This document shows, piece by piece, positions 60,396 through 64,000 of a stretch of DNA of 64,000 nt. The DNA is from an uncultured delta proteobacterium (GTDB lineage: Bacteria; Desulfobacterota; Binatia; Binatales; Binataceae): the NCBI GenBank assembly GCA_963842085.1, contig CAWJET010000001.1, positions 1,632,001 to 1,696,000 of the forward strand, given 5' to 3'. Below the pieces are notes generated by a model, which saw nothing but the letters and a program-made list of their open reading frames with translations, ran no database searches and was not told where the DNA came from. The position numbers and the translations under genes are program-made. Within the stretch, counting starts at the first letter, position 1. Each line of letters begins with the position of its first letter.

Positions 60396-61556
60396 CTACT
60401 TGCGGGTCTCGAGGCCGAGGCGGCGGGCTATTATCACCTTCATGATTTCGTTGGTGCCTGCGTAGATTGATTGGACTGCGGCGTCTGCATAGTCGGTTGA
60501 TACCGGGTATTCCGTCATGAAGCCGTAGCCGCCGTGTAGTTGCAGGCATTGGCTCGTCAGGCGCTTCTGTAAGTCTGTGGTCCACCATTTTGCCATGCTC
60601 ACTTCGGCTACGATCTCGTCGCCGCGGACGTGCGCGACCAAGAGCTTGTCGACGAAGGCCTGCCCGACTTCCACTTCGGTCGTCATTTCGGCGAGCTTGA
60701 ACTGGGTGTTTTGAAATTCCGCGATCGGCTGGCCGAACGCGCGCCGATTCTTGCAGTAGGCGATGGTGTCCTCGAGCGTGCGCCGGCAGCTCGCTATCGA
60801 GGCGACTCCGATGCACAGGCGCTCCTGCTGGAGTTTCTCCATCAGCATCTTGAAGCCCGCCCCTTCCGTCCCGAGCAGGTTGCCCGCCGGGACGCGGCAG
60901 TCCTCGAAGAACAACTCGCTGGTGTCCTGGCCGCGCAGCCCGAGCTTGTCGAGCTTGCGCCCGCGGACGAAGCCGGGAGCGGTCGCGTCGACGAGCATCA
61001 GGCTGACGCCCTTGTGCGGAGGGTTGGCCTTGGGGTCGGTCTTGCAGACGACGATTACGAGATCGGCGATCTGCCCGTTGGAGATGAAAATCTTCGAGCC
61101 GTTGATCACGTAATGGTCGCCGTCGCGGCGCGCGGTGGTCTGCACGGCGGCGAGATCGGAGCCGGTGCCCGGCTCGGTCATCGCGATCGCGAGGATTGTC
61201 TCGCCGCCGATCGCGCCGGGGATGTAGCGGCGCTTCTGCTCCGCGTTGCCGAAGCTCGTGATGTAGGGCATGCAGATGTCCGAATGCAGCGACATCATGA
61301 GGCCGTGCGCGCGCACGCGTGCGAGCTCTTCCATCACGATGGCGTCGTAGATGAAATCCACGCCGCCGCCGCCGTATTCGGCCGGCGCGTTGGCGCCGAG
61401 GAAGCCGGCCGTGCCCATTTTGCGCCAGCTCGCGCGATCGCTCATCCCGGAGCGGTTCCATTCGGCGACCTTGGGCTCGATCTCGGTATCGACGAAGCGG
61501 CGCACCTGCGCGCGGAACATCTCATGCTCGGGGGTGAAGATATCTCGTCGCATCAT
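60396..61556 (-). CDS. Acyl-CoA dehydrogenase (LCAD-like)
   Basis: AIAMTEPGTGSDL, INGSKIFISNG, KLQQERL, QLHGGYG, IYAGTNEIMK. Confidence 0.96.
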   Translation of the reverse strand: MMRRDIFTPEHEMFRAQVRRFVDTEIEPKVAEWNRSGMSDRASWRKMGTAGFLGANAPAEYGGGGVDFIYDAIVMEELARVRAHGLMMSLHSDICMPYITSFGNAEQKRRYIPGAIGGETILAIAMTEPGTGSDLAAVQTTARRDGDHYVINGSKIFISNGQIADLVIVVCKTDPKANPPHKGVSLMLVDATAPGFVRGRKLDKLGLRGQDTSELFFEDCRVPAGNLLGTEGAGFKMLMEKLQQERLCIGVASIASCRRTLEDTIAYCKNRRAFGQPIAEFQNTQFKLAEMTTEVEVGQAFVDKLLVAHVRGDEIVAEVSMAKWWTTDLQKRLTSQCLQLHGGYGFMTEYPVSTDYADAAVQSIYAGTNEIMKVIIARRLGLETRK

Positions 61557-61661
61557 GCTGGCATCTTCGTGTTGCCGCGCAGTCTGATCAAGCCCGGCAG
61601 CCTGGCTTTGCAATCTTACTAAACGATTGGTATGTGAATGAGAATCACGGAGGATCCTCGA

Positions 61662-62744
61662 ATGAAAGTTGGTGGCGCTGTTATTTTTCAGAATCCGCTC
61701 AATGCCCGTTCGGACCGCGACGTTTATCTCGAAGACCTGCGAATCGGGGACCTCTACGAGCCGCTTGGATTCGACTCGATCTGGAGCGTCGAGCATCACT
61801 TTGACGACTACACGATGTGCCCCGACGTGCTCCAGTTCCTGACCTACTACGCGGGGCGGACGAAGACGATACAGCTTGGCTCGATGGTGGTCGTGATGCC
61901 CTGGCATGACCCGATGCGGGTGGCGGAGCAGGTGTCGGTGGTCGATCACATGTCGAACGGGCGCATGATTCTGGGTCTGGGGCGCGGGCTTGCGCGGATC
62001 GAGTTCGAGGGCTTCCGCGTTCCGCTCGGTGAATCGCGTGAGCGCTTCATCGAATCGGCCGAGATGCTGCTCGAGGGACTCGAGAAGGGCTACTGCGAAT
62101 ACGACGGCAAGTACATCAAGCAGCCGCGCCGCGACATCAGGCCCAAGCCGTTCAAGTCGTTCAAGGGACGCACTTACGCGGCCGCGGTCTCGCCCGAGTC
62201 GGCGCGGATCATGGCGAAGCTCGGCATCGGCATCCTGATTATCCCGCAGAAGCCGTGGGAGGCGGTCGCGCAGGAACTCGGCGAGTATCGCACCATCTAC
62301 AGGCAGGTGAACGGCGGAGAGCCGCTACCGACGATCGCGGCGGGCTGGACGTTCTGCGACAAGAGCGCCGATCGCGCGCGCGAGATGGCGGTCAAGTATA
62401 TCGGCGGCTACTGGAACACCGCGCTGCGGCATTACGAGATGGCGAGCGAACATTTCGGCAAGGCCAAGGGCTACGAATATTACGAGATGATGGCGAAGAA
62501 CCTGAAGGGCAACACCGATGCGTCGATCGAGTACTTCCTGAGCCTGCAGGTGTGGGGCACGCCCGAGATGTGCGTCAGCAAGATCGACGAGATTCGCCAG
62601 AAGGTCGGCGCCGACCATTTCACCGGCGTGTTCAGCTATGCGGGGATGCCGATCGAGGACGCGGAGAAGAGCCTGCGGCTGTTCGCCGCCGAGGTGATGC
62701 CCGAGGTGAAAAAACTCAACGGGGTGAAGGCCGAGGCGGCATAG
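61662..62744 (+). CDS. LLM-class (luciferase-like) flavin-dependent oxidoreductase
   Basis: GFDSIWSVEHHF, PWHDPMRVAEQ, SNGRMILGLGRG, LFAAEVMP; GGAGG RBS. Confidence 0.95.
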   Translation: MKVGGAVIFQNPLNARSDRDVYLEDLRIGDLYEPLGFDSIWSVEHHFDDYTMCPDVLQFLTYYAGRTKTIQLGSMVVVMPWHDPMRVAEQVSVVDHMSNGRMILGLGRGLARIEFEGFRVPLGESRERFIESAEMLLEGLEKGYCEYDGKYIKQPRRDIRPKPFKSFKGRTYAAAVSPESARIMAKLGIGILIIPQKPWEAVAQELGEYRTIYRQVNGGEPLPTIAAGWTFCDKSADRAREMAVKYIGGYWNTALRHYEMASEHFGKAKGYEYYEMMAKNLKGNTDASIEYFLSLQVWGTPEMCVSKIDEIRQKVGADHFTGVFSYAGMPIEDAEKSLRLFAAEVMPEVKKLNGVKAEAA

Positions 62745-62765
62745 ACGCTTCCAGACAATCGAGTT

Positions 62766-62803
62766 TCGAGGGCAGTCGGCAGACCGGCTGCCCTTTCGAT
62801 TTT
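62766..62803 (+). terminator. Rho-independent terminator
   Basis: GGGCAGTCGG-CAGA-CCGGCTGCCC followed by T-rich sequence. Confidence 0.7.
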
Positions 62804-62850
62804 GTGCTCGCGAGAGGAACCTAACCCCTAACCCCCTTCGACTTCGCTCA

Positions 62851-63073
62851 GAGTTTGTGAGCGAATTGAACAATGGCAGAAGCGGAGTCGCGCGCAGCGC
62901 TCGAACCAGAAGACCGGAACCGGCTTCGCGTGGCGCGAAGCTGTCCGAGGTCCCTCCTCCCGGCGCTAACGCTCCCGTCGTCGGGATGACAGACGGTGGC
63001 GCGTCGCTCGCTTGGTAAGAGCCATGACTTGGAGCAGGGCGCTCCGATAACCAACCAATTTCCTCACAAACTC
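62851..63073. mobile_element. 223-bp MITE with IS5/IS1031-like ends
   Basis: TIRs GAGTTTGTGAGCGAATTG and GAGTTTGTGAGGAAATTG (16/18); TCA duplicated at 62848-62850 and 63074-63076; no coding capacity. Confidence 0.85.
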
Positions 63074-63158
63074 TCAGGACAGGCTCTTACCTAGCGGGAA
63101 GGGTAACAAGAATGCGAGGATTCCCGCGCGGGTAGGAGAACCAGAACTAATACTCCAT

Positions 63159-63947
63159 TCACTTACCGATGAACTTGCCGGAGCGGCGTTCGCTGACCGC
63201 CTTGACGCCTTCGCGATGATCCTGGGTGCGGAACAGCCGCGACTGCTCCTTGAACTCATGATCGGTCTGCGCCTTGACGGCGTCGGCGAGGCCCTGGCGC
63301 ATCGTCGCTCGCGTCGATAACAGCGCCAGCGGCGCGCCTTCGCCGATTTCCGCCGCCAGCGCGAGCGCGGAATCGCGGAGATCATCCGGCTTCGCGATTG
63401 AATCGCACAGTCCCCACGCGAGCGCCTCTTCGCCGGTCACGCGGCGTCCCGTGTAGAACATCAGGCTGGCCTTTTGCGCGCCGATCAAACGCGGGAGCGT
63501 GTAGGTGAGGCCGAAGCCCGGGTGGATGCCGAGCTTGACGAAGTTCGCGGCGAAGCGAGCATCGGCGGTCGCCACGCGGAAGTCCGCGACCAGCGCGAGT
63601 CCCAGGCCTCCGCCAATCGCAGCACCCTGAATCGCGGCGACGACCGGCTTGCGGCATCGGAACAGCCGCACGCCCTCGACGTAGAGCGGATTTTCGCCAG
63701 CGCGGGCTGTAGTTTCGCCGCTTTGCGCATCGCGATTGGCAAAGTTAAAGCCGGCGCAGAACGACTTGCCCTCGGAACAGAGCATGAGGGCACGGCAGTC
63801 GGACTCGCCGTCGAGCGCCTCGAACACATTGGCGAGATCGCGAATCAGATTGAAGTCGAAGAAATTGTGCGGCGGCCGATGAATCTCGAGTTGGGCTACA
63901 TTGCCATCGAGCATCACGGACACGTCGCCATATTTTGGTTCCAACAT
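63159..63947 (-). CDS. Enoyl-CoA hydratase/isomerase family protein
   Basis: FCAG, KPVVAAIQGAAIGGGLGLAL, GIHPGFG, DHREG. Confidence 0.95.
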   Translation of the reverse strand: MLEPKYGDVSVMLDGNVAQLEIHRPPHNFFDFNLIRDLANVFEALDGESDCRALMLCSEGKSFCAGFNFANRDAQSGETTARAGENPLYVEGVRLFRCRKPVVAAIQGAAIGGGLGLALVADFRVATADARFAANFVKLGIHPGFGLTYTLPRLIGAQKASLMFYTGRRVTGEEALAWGLCDSIAKPDDLRDSALALAAEIGEGAPLALLSTRATMRQGLADAVKAQTDHEFKEQSRLFRTQDHREGVKAVSERRSGKFIGK

Positions 63948-64000
63948 TAGAAGCTCCTTATCCGGCTATAGCCTGAACGCGCGCAAGCTGCTACAAAGTT

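Noticed and set aside
59716-61461. 581-aa ORF
   Set aside because: Off-frame shadow of the acyl-CoA dehydrogenase. Only the last ~167 aa (SnoaL-like) look real.

Overview
Bacterial window with high GC and two contrasting halves. The gene content (DUF1302 barrel, LLM oxidoreductase, acyl-CoA dehydrogenase, several stand-alone excisionase-like HTH genes, bactofilins, CCTAACCCC-type repeats) resembles Candidatus Binatota/Binatia, but that taxonomy is inference. The left half (1 to ~31.6 kb) is a decaying accessory region. Remains of a surface-polysaccharide locus (WcaJ/CapD-like fragment, GT2-GtrA, manC, internally deleted manB, RfaH/NusG paralog) are split by ~22 kb of foreign DNA. That DNA includes a tightly coupled phage-like operon with no integrase or capsid gene in the window: [duplicated unknown domain]-ERF annealase, YqaJ exonuclease, HNH nuclease and P-loop ATPase, ending in a 35-bp inverted repeat. 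Around it lie an unannotated Zn-ribbon gene, Cro- and CI-like regulators, two TA modules, one full-length IS5 with a frameshifted transposase, many IS scraps (IS481, IS3, IS256, IS110) and a duplicated family of 17-residue-repeat helical proteins. The right half (~31.7 to 64 kb) is mostly intact housekeeping and lipid metabolism: fur/perR-katG-DUF3501, desaturase/cfa, KirBac, esterase, thioesterase, ytcA-mdtNO-like efflux with a divergent TolC, HMGS-DUF35/thiolase, ACAD, LLM and ECH, plus REP-like repeats and a nested MITE. No rRNA, convincing tRNA or CRISPR array was seen. All family calls come from motif recognition by eye; no database search was run.
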